This document shows, piece by piece, positions 18,074 to 27,563 of a DNA stretch of 34,190 nt. This DNA comes from a bacterium (GTDB lineage Bacteria; Hydrothermota; Tepidihabitantia; Tepidihabitantales; Tepidihabitantaceae), in contig JAWOHE010000056.1 in assembly GCA_046485285.1 (NCBI GenBank), forward strand, positions 1 to 34,190. The letters are read 5' to 3'. The notes under the pieces are model-generated. The model saw nothing but the letters and a program-made list of their open reading frames with translations. It was not told the origin of the DNA and did no database searches. The translations under genes were made by a program, and so were the position numbers. The number at the start of each line of letters is the position of its first letter. Within the stretch, counting starts at the first letter, position 1.

Positions 18074-19920
18074 CACTCGCCGCCTGCCGCCAGCTCGTTC
18101 GCCTGCGCCCGCGCCAGCTCCTCCTCGATCGCCTTCACCTCCAGCGCGAGCTTGCGCGCCCGGTTCAGGTCGAACGCAGCCCGCGCGGCTTCGTACTCTT
18201 GCCGCGCCTGCGCCAGCCTCGCCTCGATCCCGGGCGCTGAGTCCGCGTCGTCCTCCTTCGCGGGTGGCGTCGCAGGTTCCGACCTCGGCGCCGGCGGCCG
18301 CTTCGCCTGCTTCCGGACCGGGCGGGCGGCCCGGCCCCGCGCGTAGCTGTAGTTACCCTGGTACGGAACGACCTGGCCCGCGTCGACCAGCGCGACCCGG
18401 TCCGCCAGCCGGTCGAGCATGAACCGGTCGTGGGCCGCGAAGACCACGGTCCGGTCGAACCGCTCGACGGCGTTAAACAGCACCTCGCGCGAGTTGATGT
18501 CGAGATGATTGGTCGGCTCGTCCATTATCAGCAGGTTCGTCGGCGTCAGCAGGACGCTGATTATCGCCAGCCTGCTCCGCTCCCCGCCCGACAGGACCCG
18601 GACCCTCTTCTCGACCGCGTCGCCCCGGAACAGGAAAGTCCCGAGCACGCCCTTGAGCTCATTCTCGGTGAAGCCGACCGCGACCCGGCTGACCGTCTCG
18701 AGCACGGTCAGTCCCTCGTCGAGTTCGTCCTCCGCGCCCTGCTCGTAGTAGGCGACCCGGGTCTTTGCGCTCCACCACGTCTCGCCCTCCGGCGGTTCGA
18801 GCCGGCGGGCGATTATCCGGAGCAGGGTCGTCTTGCCCGCCCCGTTCGGACCGAACAGCCCGAGCTTCTCCCCGCCCTTGAGCGCCAGGTTCACCCCGCC
18901 GAACACCGGCCGGCCCCCGAAGCCCATCCCGACGTCGCGCAGCTCGAATGCCCGGCCGTACACCGGCTCGGCCTGCGGGAAGCGAAACCGGATCGTCTGC
19001 TCCCCGTATGCCGGCCCGACCCGCTCCAGCTTGTCGAGCATCCGCTGGCGGCTCATCGCCCGCGGCGCGGTGTCCTTGCGGCCCTTGAACTTGGCGATGA
19101 ATGCCTCGGTCCGCTTGATCAGCGCCTGCTGCTCCTCGAACCTCTTCTGCTGCTGCTCGTCGCGGAAGTCCTTGTCCTCGAGGTACCGCGAGTAGTTGCC
19201 GACGAACACCCGCACGCTCCGGTTCTCGATCGCCCAGATGCGCTGGACCAGACCGTCGAGCAGGTAGCGGTCGTGGGCAATCATCACGAACGCGCCGCCG
19301 AAGTCACCCAGGTACTCCTGCAGCCACTCGATCGAGCGGATATCCAGGTAGTTGGTCGGCTCGTCCAGCAACAGCAGGTCCGGCTCCTGCAGCAGCATCC
19401 GCGCCAGCGTCAGCCGCACCTGGAAGCCGCCCGACTGCTCCCGCGCGCGCTTGACGAAGTCGTCCTGGTGAAATCCCAGCTCGACCAGCACTTTTTTCGC
19501 CCGTGACTCCGCGTCGTAGGCGTCGACGTCGTAGTGCTGCTGGAGCTTCGCATAGCGCGACAGCACCGCGTCGAGCTCCCGCGCGCCGAGGTCCGGACAG
19601 GCCATCTCTTCCTCGCACTCGCGCATCAGCCGGTCCACCCGGTGCAGGTGGCCGAAAGCGCCCATCGCCTCCTCGAGCACGGTGTGGTCCCCGACCGCCG
19701 CGCCGGTCTGGGGCAGGTAGGCGATCCGGATACCCCGCCGCACCTGGACGTGGCCCGCACTCGGCGCGAGCTCGCCCGCGATCAGCTTCAGGATGGTCGA
19801 CTTGCCCGACCCGTTCGGCCCAACCAGACCGACCCGGTCGACCGCGTCGACGCGCAGGTCGACATCCCGGTACAACGACTGCGTCCCGAACTCCATCGCG
19901 ACGCCGGCAAGGGTCACCAT
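18073..19920 (-). CDS. ABC-F family ATPase
   Basis: Two NBDs (GPNGSGKST, GPNGAGKTT; DEPTN twice), no TM segments, interdomain linker, C-terminal coiled coil. Confidence 0.95.
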   Translation of the reverse strand: MVTLAGVAMEFGTQSLYRDVDLRVDAVDRVGLVGPNGSGKSTILKLIAGELAPSAGHVQVRRGIRIAYLPQTGAAVGDHTVLEEAMGAFGHLHRVDRLMRECEEEMACPDLGARELDAVLSRYAKLQQHYDVDAYDAESRAKKVLVELGFHQDDFVKRAREQSGGFQVRLTLARMLLQEPDLLLLDEPTNYLDIRSIEWLQEYLGDFGGAFVMIAHDRYLLDGLVQRIWAIENRSVRVFVGNYSRYLEDKDFRDEQQQKRFEEQQALIKRTEAFIAKFKGRKDTAPRAMSRQRMLDKLERVGPAYGEQTIRFRFPQAEPVYGRAFELRDVGMGFGGRPVFGGVNLALKGGEKLGLFGPNGAGKTTLLRIIARRLEPPEGETWWSAKTRVAYYEQGAEDELDEGLTVLETVSRVAVGFTENELKGVLGTFLFRGDAVEKRVRVLSGGERSRLAIISVLLTPTNLLIMDEPTNHLDINSREVLFNAVERFDRTVVFAAHDRFMLDRLADRVALVDAGQVVPYQGNYSYARGRAARPVRKQAKRPPAPRSEPATPPAKEDDADSAPGIEARLAQARQEYEAARAAFDLNRARKLALEVKAIEEELARAQANELAAGGE

Positions 19921-19926
19921 CCCTCA

Positions 19927-19954
19927 AGGTTATTCGCGGAAAGCGCGGCATCAA
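19927..19954 (-). promoter_or_regulatory. Promoter of the ABC-F operon, probably leaderless
   Basis: TTGATG-N16-TAACCT-N6-ATG. Confidence 0.55.
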
Positions 19955-19976
19955 GCCCGGGCGCGACGCCGGGCTC

Positions 19977-20005
19977 TTGACACGCCAGTCCGGGCCGGCT
20001 ATGAT
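19977..20005 (+). promoter_or_regulatory. Promoter of the PQQ-repeat lipoprotein gene
   Basis: TTGACA-N17-TATGAT; SD GGAGG at 20011. Confidence 0.7.
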
Positions 20006-20020
20006 AACCTGGAGGTAACG

Positions 20021-21727
20021 ATGAAGACCCTCGCGTCCGCGTGCGCGGCCGCGGTCCTTACCACGCTGTTACTGCTCGCGCCGGCGTGCCGCAAGCCGCC
20101 GGTCAACCTTCCGCCCGACAAGCCGCCCCTGCCGGTCGGCCCCGCCGAGGGCGTCGTCAACACCGACCACCAGTTCTCCGCCACGGCGTTCGACCCGGAC
20201 AACGACAGCATCGCCATCCGGTTCCACTGGGGTCACCGCGACACCTCGGACTGGAGCGCACTCGTCGCCTCCGGCGACTCGGTCACGACGAGCCACTCCT
20301 GGTCGAGCCCGGGCAGCTACGCAGTCCGCGCCCAGGCCCGGGACGGGCTCGACTCCGCCTCGGCCTGGTCCGACCCGCTCGCGGTCGCCATCGGCAGTCG
20401 CGCGCCGGCCGCGCCCTCGCCTCCGGCCGGCCCGCCGGACGGCAAGCGCAATGCCGCCTGCCGTTTCTCCGCCTCGGCAATCGACCCGGACAACGACAGC
20501 ATCGCCATCCGGTTCCACTGGGGCGACGGTGACACCTCGGCCTGGAGCGCCCTCGTCGCCTCCGGCGACTCGGTCGCGATGAGCCACTCCTGGTCCGACT
20601 TCGGCACCTACGAAATCACCGCCCAGGCCCGGGATGACAAGGGCGTCATCTCGGCCTGGTCTGCGACGGTGAAGTTCGACGCGCGCCCGGCTCTCCGCTG
20701 GCGCTACCGGACCGAAGGAGGGGTGCGGTCGTCCCCGGCCATCGCGCCCGACGGCACGATACTCTTCGGCTCATACGACCACCGCCTCTACGCCCTGAAC
20801 CCGGACGGCACGCTGAAATGGCGCTACCAACTGGGCGACGCCATTTCATACTCCTCCCCGGCAATCGCGCCGGACGGCTCAATCTACATCGGGTCCAGGG
20901 ACAACCGCCTCTACGCATTCACCCCGGATGGCTTGATGCGGCGGGCGTTCGCGACCGACGGTGGCATCGTGTCTTCCCCGGCCCTCGCCGCCGACGGCAC
21001 AGTCTACATCGGGTCGAATGACAACTATCTCCACGCCTTCAACCCGGCCGGCATGCTGGAGTGGCGATACCGGGCCGACCACGACGTCGAATCATCACCG
21101 GCAGTTGCGCCTGACGGCACGGTCTACGTCGGGTCCGATGACGACCGACTTCACGCCATCAACCCGGACAGCACCTTGAAGTGGGAGTATGCGACACTGA
21201 AGTATGTGCGTTCCTCGCCGGCGGTCGCCGCCGACGGCACGGTCTACGTCGGCTCGCGGGACCGTCACCTCTACGCCCTGAACCCGGACGGCACCGAGAA
21301 GTGGCGGTTCCTGACCGACGGCAACGTCGAGTCATCCCCGGCAATCGGGCCTGACGGCACGGTCTACGTCGGCTCGGACGACAACCACCTTTATGCTTTG
21401 AACCCGGACGGCACGGTCAAGTGGTGGTACGAAACCCGGGGAAACGTCCGCTCCTCGCCCGCGGTCTGCGCGGACGGCACGGTCTATGTCGGGTCGACTG
21501 ACGACCGCCTCTACGCCTTCAACGCGGACGGTACGCTGAAATGGCGGTTCCGAACCGACGGGTCGGTCCGCACCTCGCCCGCGGTCGGGCCTGACGGCAC
21601 GGTGTACTTCGGGTCGACCGACAGCTGCATGTACGCGGTCGAGGGCGAGAGTCCGCTCGCAAACTCGGCCTGGCCCAAGTTCCGCCACGACAACCTCAAC
21701 ACCGGCCGGGCCGGCGGCGGGCGCTAG
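20021..21727 (+). CDS. Lipoprotein with two PKD-like domains and a PQQ-like (BamB-type) beta-propeller
   Basis: Lipobox-like LLAPAC; two DPDNDSIAIRFHWG..SHSW repeats; eight SSPA..DGT.Y.GS.D..LYA repeats; C-terminal WPKFRHDNLNTG. Confidence 0.9.
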   Translation: MKTLASACAAAVLTTLLLLAPACRKPPVNLPPDKPPLPVGPAEGVVNTDHQFSATAFDPDNDSIAIRFHWGHRDTSDWSALVASGDSVTTSHSWSSPGSYAVRAQARDGLDSASAWSDPLAVAIGSRAPAAPSPPAGPPDGKRNAACRFSASAIDPDNDSIAIRFHWGDGDTSAWSALVASGDSVAMSHSWSDFGTYEITAQARDDKGVISAWSATVKFDARPALRWRYRTEGGVRSSPAIAPDGTILFGSYDHRLYALNPDGTLKWRYQLGDAISYSSPAIAPDGSIYIGSRDNRLYAFTPDGLMRRAFATDGGIVSSPALAADGTVYIGSNDNYLHAFNPAGMLEWRYRADHDVESSPAVAPDGTVYVGSDDDRLHAINPDSTLKWEYATLKYVRSSPAVAADGTVYVGSRDRHLYALNPDGTEKWRFLTDGNVESSPAIGPDGTVYVGSDDNHLYALNPDGTVKWWYETRGNVRSSPAVCADGTVYVGSTDDRLYAFNADGTLKWRFRTDGSVRTSPAVGPDGTVYFGSTDSCMYAVEGESPLANSAWPKFRHDNLNTGRAGGGR

Positions 21728-22074
21728 CCGTCGGAAGCACCTCGGCCTTCCGCGAATCGGACCAGACCCCAATCGGCTGGCCCGGCTCAACCGACGCTGA
21801 GAAACCACGCTCCGGCACTTCTGCTTCCGCCCTTCCGGCTTCCACGCCCTGCCCTCGCCCGCCCTGTGTGCCTTCGTGTCGTCGCCGCCTCTGAACATCG
21901 CGGTTTCCTGGAGGAGCGACATCCCTGTCGCGTTCTGCCAGCAGGCAGGCGTTTCCACGCTTCCGCCTTCGGACTTCTGCGCTCCGGATTCCGGCTTCGT
22001 GTCCTTCGCGTCTGCCTCGTTTCCGATTCGCGCCTTACGCGAGAGCCCGCACCGCACGGAGCCCACACCCTCCC

Positions 22075-22344
22075 TCATCTCGAACGACACCCCTCAGGCC
22101 CGCCTGCGCGCAGCGCGCCGCAGGCCCTAAGGTAATCGGCAATCAGCCCCAGCGTCGGGCGCCCCACCCGACCGCGCTCAAGCCGGCTGAGATGCGAATG
22201 GAAGCCCGGCTTCCGGCCCATCAAGTGCGCCAGCTCGACCAGGCTCAGCCCGGTCCGAAGCCGTAACCCGCGCAACGCCGCGCCCAGCGCGGCCGACCCT
22301 ACGCGGGCGGGCCCGCCACCTCTCTTGGGTTCTCCATTGCCCAT
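22075..22344 (-). pseudogene. Short or truncated XRE-family HTH regulator
   Basis: LGAALRGLR...GLSLVELAHLMG...LSRLERGRV..PTL..IADYLRAC, then decays to a stop; downstream DNA is low-complexity. Confidence 0.6.
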
Positions 22345-22459
22345 GTGAGTAGGAACTAACGGCCAGCTAAATCAGGAAATCGTCATAATCGATTGAGAAG
22401 CCAGAGCTTACTTGAGCCTCGAATTTACCCCCTCCCCCATACCCGGTATCACTCCCCCA

Positions 22460-22662
22460 GTAACTCCGGGGGTTACTCCGGGAATAACTCCCGGGGTTAC
22501 TCCGGGGGTTACTCCGGGAGTAACTCCGGGGTTACTGCCGGGGTTACTCCGGGGGTAACTCCCGGGGTTACTCCGGGGGTTACCGGGGTGGTTACTGGGG
22601 GAGTTACTCCGGGAGTTACTGGGGGAGTTACTCCGGGAGTTACTGGGGGAGTAACTCCGGGA
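22460..22662. repeat. Tandem array of 17 x 12-bp units, consensus GT(T/A)ACTCCGGG(G/A)
   Basis: Counted directly; one 11-nt unit at 22520-22530. Confidence 0.95.
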
Positions 22663-22768
22663 GTGCGGGTGGGGGTGGGAGACTCCTGGGGCCGGTCTGC
22701 GGTCTGGCCGGGCGAAGGGCTCTGGCCGCGGCCGGGCCGTTGGGTTCCGTCCGGACGCAACCTTGAAA

Positions 22769-22797
22769 GAAGCGGGGCGGCCGAGCCGCCCCGCTTC
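22769..22797 (-). terminator. Intrinsic terminator after the Kelch-like gene
   Basis: 13-bp perfect stem GAAGCGGGGCGGC/GCCGCCCCGCTTC with a short T-rich tail on the minus strand. Confidence 0.75.
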
Positions 22798-22817
22798 GCA
22801 GACTTGCGGACCGGCGG

Positions 22818-24017
22818 TCAGCGGACGACGACGTGCCGGCGGTAGCTGGTCTTCCCGTCGGACTCGACCCTGACCAGGTACACGCCCGCACCCAGCCTCG
22901 GCTCGAGACCGGTCGCGACGACCCGGCCGGTGGCGTCGAACACGGTGACCCGGGCCGCGCCGCGCAGGTCGAGCCGCAGCGTGCCCGCGCCGGTAACGCC
23001 GTCCGGGCGGACGGCCTGCGGCTCGGGCGGGGGCGCGTACTTGTAGAACTCGCGAGACTTCTTGCCCTTGAGCGCGAAGAACACGCCCTCGCCGGCCGAG
23101 ACAAGGTCCCCGCCGTGCTTTACCGTCCGCTTGCGGCCGAGACTGCCGATCTGCGGCAGGGTCTCGAGCTCGGACCAGGCCGCGGTGGCCGCGTCGTAGG
23201 ACCAGAACTCGCAGGTGTTCCCGCCCTTCGTCGCGTAGATGACGCCGTCATACCAGGCCGCGCCGCTGCCCTCGCCCGGCTTCTTCTTCTTACCGGTCAG
23301 CGCGCTCGGCCGCGGCATTCCGGCCCGGACCGCGGTCGCCCACGCGCCGGTGGCGATGTCGTAGGTCCAGAGCTCGCTGTGCTTGGCCTTGTGCGCGTAG
23401 ATGGTGCCCTCGCCGTCGAACACCAGCCACGAGCCCTCGTCCCACTTCGGCTTCTGGCCACTGGGCGCGTCGGCCAGCCGCTCCCAGGAGTCACCGGTCA
23501 CGTTGAACCGCCCGAACTCGAGCCCGAACCCCTTGAGCAGGTAGACGTAGCCGTCGCCGTCGATTTCGACGTAGGCGAGGTCGGTCCCGCCCTTGAGCTT
23601 CTTGTTGCCGGTTCCGAGCCGCGCGTCGGGCAGCTGGAACCAGCTGTTCTCGGCGATGTCGTAGCGCCAGAACTCGGACGTGTTGTTGCCCTTGGTGACG
23701 TAGAGGTAGTTGCCGGCGTCCCAGGCCCCGCGGCAGCCGCGCCTCGGCGGCCGGCCTTCGGTCCCGAGCGGTATCGCCGCCAGCGCGGTCCACGCGTCGG
23801 CCCCGGGGTCGTACGAATAGAAGTCAGGGGTCTTGTTGCCCTTTGCCGCGTAGACCAGGCCGTTGGTGTCGTTGTAGACGAGCCAGCCCCCGTGCTTCAC
23901 GTCCTTCCCGGAAGGGCTCACCGGCATCGACGTGACCTCGGTCCATTCGGCATTCGCGGTGGTCCAGCCCGCCAGCAGCAGGACCGCCGTCACTAACAGA
24001 CACGCTCCAGGCTTCAT
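22818..24017 (-). CDS. Secreted Kelch-like beta-propeller protein with T9SS-CTD-like tail
   Basis: Signal peptide from ATG 24017 (SD AAGGAGG); six KG(N/G)xT.EF..Y....W repeats; C-terminus VTVFDATGRVV...GAGVYLVRV...HVVVR. Confidence 0.85.
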   Translation of the reverse strand: MKPGACLLVTAVLLLAGWTTANAEWTEVTSMPVSPSGKDVKHGGWLVYNDTNGLVYAAKGNKTPDFYSYDPGADAWTALAAIPLGTEGRPPRRGCRGAWDAGNYLYVTKGNNTSEFWRYDIAENSWFQLPDARLGTGNKKLKGGTDLAYVEIDGDGYVYLLKGFGLEFGRFNVTGDSWERLADAPSGQKPKWDEGSWLVFDGEGTIYAHKAKHSELWTYDIATGAWATAVRAGMPRPSALTGKKKKPGEGSGAAWYDGVIYATKGGNTCEFWSYDAATAAWSELETLPQIGSLGRKRTVKHGGDLVSAGEGVFFALKGKKSREFYKYAPPPEPQAVRPDGVTGAGTLRLDLRGAARVTVFDATGRVVATGLEPRLGAGVYLVRVESDGKTSYRRHVVVR

Positions 24018-24151
24018 CGAGCCTCCTTTCGCGCCGCGGCCGGGCCGCGCGCACGCCGTGTCCTCCTGCCAGCCGTGCCTGAACGCATTGTCCGGGGAGA
24101 ACTCGCCGGACAGCGCTACCTGCGACCAAGCCGGCTTCCGAAAGTCATAGT

Positions 24152-24179
24152 ATGATACGACCCTCCCGGCATCTGTCAA
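24152..24179 (-). promoter_or_regulatory. Promoter of the Kelch-like gene
   Basis: TTGACA-N16-TATCAT. Confidence 0.65.
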
Positions 24180-24266
24180 CCCCCTTCCTGCCCGGGGTCG
24201 CCTTCGCGGCCCGTATCCGGCTGAGAACAAAGGGGTTACGCAGTCGGTCGGGCGGCTGCGACCAGC

Positions 24267-26477
24267 CTACCTGGCCGCCCGGCTGACGCGGGCGATCTTG
24301 CCCATCGTCCGGAAGCCCTCGCCGGTCACGACGACGAGGTAGAGCCCGTCGGCGAGCTCGCGGCCGTGCGCGTTCGCGCCATCCCAGTCAACGTAAGGGC
24401 CCGCGACGCCGCGGAACTCGCGGACCAGCGTGCCGGAGATGGTGAAGATGCGGACGTCGGCCCGCTTGCCCGCCGGCGCGTCGAACCAGAGCTGGCACGA
24501 GTCCGCGAACGGCGCCGGCCGCGTCACCGGCTCGGCCCGTCGCTCGACCTCGACCGAGTAGAACTGGCTCGCCATCGAGACGTTGCCGGAGGAGTCGGTC
24601 GCGGTCACGACGTAACGGTAGGAATTGCGGGGCAGGTTGAACAGGTAGCAGGTCGTGTCGGCGATGCCGGTCGCTACCGCCCGGCTCCGGCCGAAGGCGG
24701 TGACCCGGATGTCGTCGAGGAACACGCCGAGCCGGGTGTCACCGGCGTCGGTCAGGTGGCGGAAGCGCAGGTACAGGCTCGGCGTCGGCTTCAGGAGGTA
24801 GCGCAGTTCGTGCCAGTACGGAGCTCTGCCATAGAGCGAGTCGAGCGGCCCCCAGTTCCAGGGCGGCCCCGAGCAGGTGTCGATGCGGCAGGGGTCGCGC
24901 TTGATTGCGCCGGCGCTGTCCTCGCTCTCCTCGGTGTCGTAGTAGGCGTAGAGCGAAAGGAGCCCGCCCGCGTCGAGCCGCACCGGCTTGGCGAGGACAA
25001 GCTGGTGGTCGAGGTTCGGGGCCGAGCCGGAAAAGAACGCCCGCGGCGGCGAGCGGAAGCGGGTCGCGCTCGCGGTCCAGCCGATCGCGCTCCAGTTGCC
25101 GGTGTCGTCGCAGTAGTCGACCAGCCGGTCGGCCAGCGAGTCGGCCTCGGTGACATCGTAGCCGACCGGCGCGAGGTCGAAGACCGGCCGCCACCAGAGC
25201 CGGACGTCGCCCCGGCCGCCGAGCCAGTGGCCGAGACTGTCCGGCTGAGTCGGCTTGACGTCGTCCCGGCCGTGGAAAGCGTTGAGGAACTCGCGCCACG
25301 GCACCGAGTCGGCGAAGGCGAGCCCGCCGTAGTCGGCCGCACCGCGCTTGAAACCGAGGTAGCGTTCCGGGAACCACGAGGCCAGCCCCCGCGACTCGCC
25401 GAGCCCGCCGCCCGCCCGGTTGGCGACGACCAGCGGCGCGAGCGCCGAGGTCAGCGCCGGCCCGGCCGCGTCCGGCGCGAGCAGCCAGAGGTGGAGGAAG
25501 TCGACGTGGTCGTCGCCCGGGCACGGCGGCCGGCCCGAGACCGGCGGGAAGGTCTGGACCGCCTGCCGGGCCGCGACGAGTTCCGGGTGGCGCGGGTCGA
25601 GCTCGCGGAGCCGGTCGCGCAGGACCGGCAGGGCGCGGTCGAGCTGGCGCAGGTCGAGCGCCGACAGGCAGACGTCCTCGCCCGGGTAGGCCGCGACGTA
25701 GGCGGCGCACATCGGCGGCAGGAACTCGGCCGGGGTCGAGGTCGGCCGGGCGACGACCAGGCCGAGCAGCTCGTCGTAGGGGAAGCCGCCCCACGGCACG
25801 AGGCCGGCCGAGCCGAGCAGGTAGTCGGCCGAGGCCTGGGCCTCGACCGCGACCTCGAGCATCGCCATCAGGCAGGCGTCGAACGCGAGCACCCGGATGC
25901 GCCGGCCGAGCGCGCGGTGCACGGCCCGGAGCGCCGCGCCGAGCTCGCCGCCGGCGACGCTCATCGAACTGCCGTGCGACTCGTCGATGAACAGCGTCCG
26001 CGCGTCGCGGTACTCGTCGGTCCAGCCGCTGCCGTGGTCCCAGAGGACGAGCAGGTAGTTCTCGGCCGGGTAGCGCTGGCGCAGGAACCGGCCGAAGCCG
26101 GCCAGCGTCGCGGTATCTGCCATGTCGACCTCGCCGAGGTCCTCGAGCCGGTCGAAGCCGTCCTTGCGGACGTAGAGCCGGCGGCAGGCCGGGTGGGTGT
26201 CGTTGGCCGCGTTGTCGAGCTGGACGACGATGTTGACCTCGGAGGTCGAGCCGATGCGCATCATCTCGGCGAGGTCGACATAGGACTGGTCGTTGAGGCC
26301 GTTGTCGGCGCACATGTAGACCCCGACCGTCCACTGCGCCGCGAGCGCGGGCGGGGCGGGGATGGCGAGCCCGACGACCGTGATGAATTGCGCCAGGACG
26401 ATCCCGGCGACCCGGGCGAAGGCCCTTGCGGCTGCGGGGCGCTCTTGCGAGCGCCCCGCAGTCTCAGGAAGCCGCAC
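24267..26477 (-). CDS. Clostripain-family (C11) cysteine peptidase with Fn3/beta-sandwich domains and FlgD-Ig/CTD-like tail
   Basis: WTVGVYMCADN.L, YPAENYLLVLWDHGSGW (His), FDACLMAMLEV (Cys); tail IFTISGTLVR..WDG.N..G.ELADGLY. Confidence 0.9.
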   Translation of the reverse strand: MRLPETAGRSQERPAAARAFARVAGIVLAQFITVVGLAIPAPPALAAQWTVGVYMCADNGLNDQSYVDLAEMMRIGSTSEVNIVVQLDNAANDTHPACRRLYVRKDGFDRLEDLGEVDMADTATLAGFGRFLRQRYPAENYLLVLWDHGSGWTDEYRDARTLFIDESHGSSMSVAGGELGAALRAVHRALGRRIRVLAFDACLMAMLEVAVEAQASADYLLGSAGLVPWGGFPYDELLGLVVARPTSTPAEFLPPMCAAYVAAYPGEDVCLSALDLRQLDRALPVLRDRLRELDPRHPELVAARQAVQTFPPVSGRPPCPGDDHVDFLHLWLLAPDAAGPALTSALAPLVVANRAGGGLGESRGLASWFPERYLGFKRGAADYGGLAFADSVPWREFLNAFHGRDDVKPTQPDSLGHWLGGRGDVRLWWRPVFDLAPVGYDVTEADSLADRLVDYCDDTGNWSAIGWTASATRFRSPPRAFFSGSAPNLDHQLVLAKPVRLDAGGLLSLYAYYDTEESEDSAGAIKRDPCRIDTCSGPPWNWGPLDSLYGRAPYWHELRYLLKPTPSLYLRFRHLTDAGDTRLGVFLDDIRVTAFGRSRAVATGIADTTCYLFNLPRNSYRYVVTATDSSGNVSMASQFYSVEVERRAEPVTRPAPFADSCQLWFDAPAGKRADVRIFTISGTLVREFRGVAGPYVDWDGANAHGRELADGLYLVVVTGEGFRTMGKIARVSRAAR

Positions 26478-26492
26478 CAGCTCCCGCGGACC

Positions 26493-27551
26493 CTAGAAGC
26501 CGACCGTCAGGAGGACCCGGTGGGTCGGCTTGAGGTAGCTGGCGTAGCGGAAGCAGTAGTCGACCCCGAGCTTGAAGCCCGTGGCCGGCTTGGTCAGGAG
26601 ACCGATGCCCGCGGTCAGGCCGGTCAGGTAGTCGACGTCGGCACCGTAGTCCGAGTCGGTGTTGAAGACGTAGCCGCCGCGCAGGAAGAATACGTCGCGG
26701 ACGCCGTATTCGAGCCCGAAGTTGACCGTCTCGTTGATGTCCGAGGGGTGGACGAGGTCAACCGCCGCGGTCAGCCGCGACCGGTCCGCGTCGGTCGGCT
26801 CGATGATGTCGTAGGCGATCCCGAACCGGAACATCGTCGGCAGCGAGGCGGGGTTGGTCCGGTAGCTGCCCGGCAGCTGGCTCGGCCCGGAGTCGGGCCA
26901 GGGGAACGTGAAGTCGAGCTGGCGGCCGGCGAACGAGAGCTGGGTCCCGTAGTTCTGGACCGCCGCGCCGATGCGCAGCGACCTGAACCCGGTGTTGTAG
27001 AACAGCCCGATGTCGGCGCCGATCGCGGATGCGGACATGTTCCAGATCGTCTGGCTCACGCCCTTGACGGTCAGCCCGAAGCTGAGCTTGTCGGTTATCG
27101 TCCGGCCGAAGCTGACCCCGAAGGCGAGGTCCGCGGCGCCGAAGATCTGGCCGGTGCCCTCGTCCTCGCGGACCGGGGTGTTCGGGTTGTCGACGGTCGT
27201 CTGCTCCATGTCGCCCATTGTCAGCGCGGTGATCGAGAGCGCCACCGTGCCGAAGTTGGTGATGGGCAGGACCGCCGAGAGGTAGTCGTGGTTGAGGTCG
27301 GCGAACCAGTCGACGTGGTTGAACTGGATCGACCGGGGAACGAGCGCGAGGCCCGCCGGGTTGAAGTACGCCGCGGCGGCGTCGTCGGCAATCGCGACGA
27401 ACGCGTCGCCCATCGCCGTCGCCCGGCCGACCCCGATCTTGAGGAACGTTGCGCCGGTCGTCCCGACCTTCGAGAAGTCGGCCTGCGCCGCCGAGACCAG
27501 GAAGAAGGCGGCGACCAGTACCTTGAGCAGAGTGCTGTTTTGGCTAGTCAT
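26493..27551 (-). CDS. PorV/PorQ-like (UPF0164) outer-membrane beta-barrel
   Basis: Signal peptide; KVGTTGATFLKIGVG.RATAMGDAFVAIADDA.AAYFNPAGL; terminal Phe. Confidence 0.88.
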   Translation of the reverse strand: MTSQNSTLLKVLVAAFFLVSAAQADFSKVGTTGATFLKIGVGRATAMGDAFVAIADDAAAAYFNPAGLALVPRSIQFNHVDWFADLNHDYLSAVLPITNFGTVALSITALTMGDMEQTTVDNPNTPVREDEGTGQIFGAADLAFGVSFGRTITDKLSFGLTVKGVSQTIWNMSASAIGADIGLFYNTGFRSLRIGAAVQNYGTQLSFAGRQLDFTFPWPDSGPSQLPGSYRTNPASLPTMFRFGIAYDIIEPTDADRSRLTAAVDLVHPSDINETVNFGLEYGVRDVFFLRGGYVFNTDSDYGADVDYLTGLTAGIGLLTKPATGFKLGVDYCFRYASYLKPTHRVLLTVGF

Positions 27552-27563
27552 CGCTTCCTCCCC

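Noticed and set aside
22460-22662. Possible CRISPR array or VTPG-repeat protein (ORFs 22393-22845, 22509-22760)
   Set aside because: Head-to-tail 12-mers with no spacers and no cas genes; the 11-nt unit shifts frame and there is no good start context
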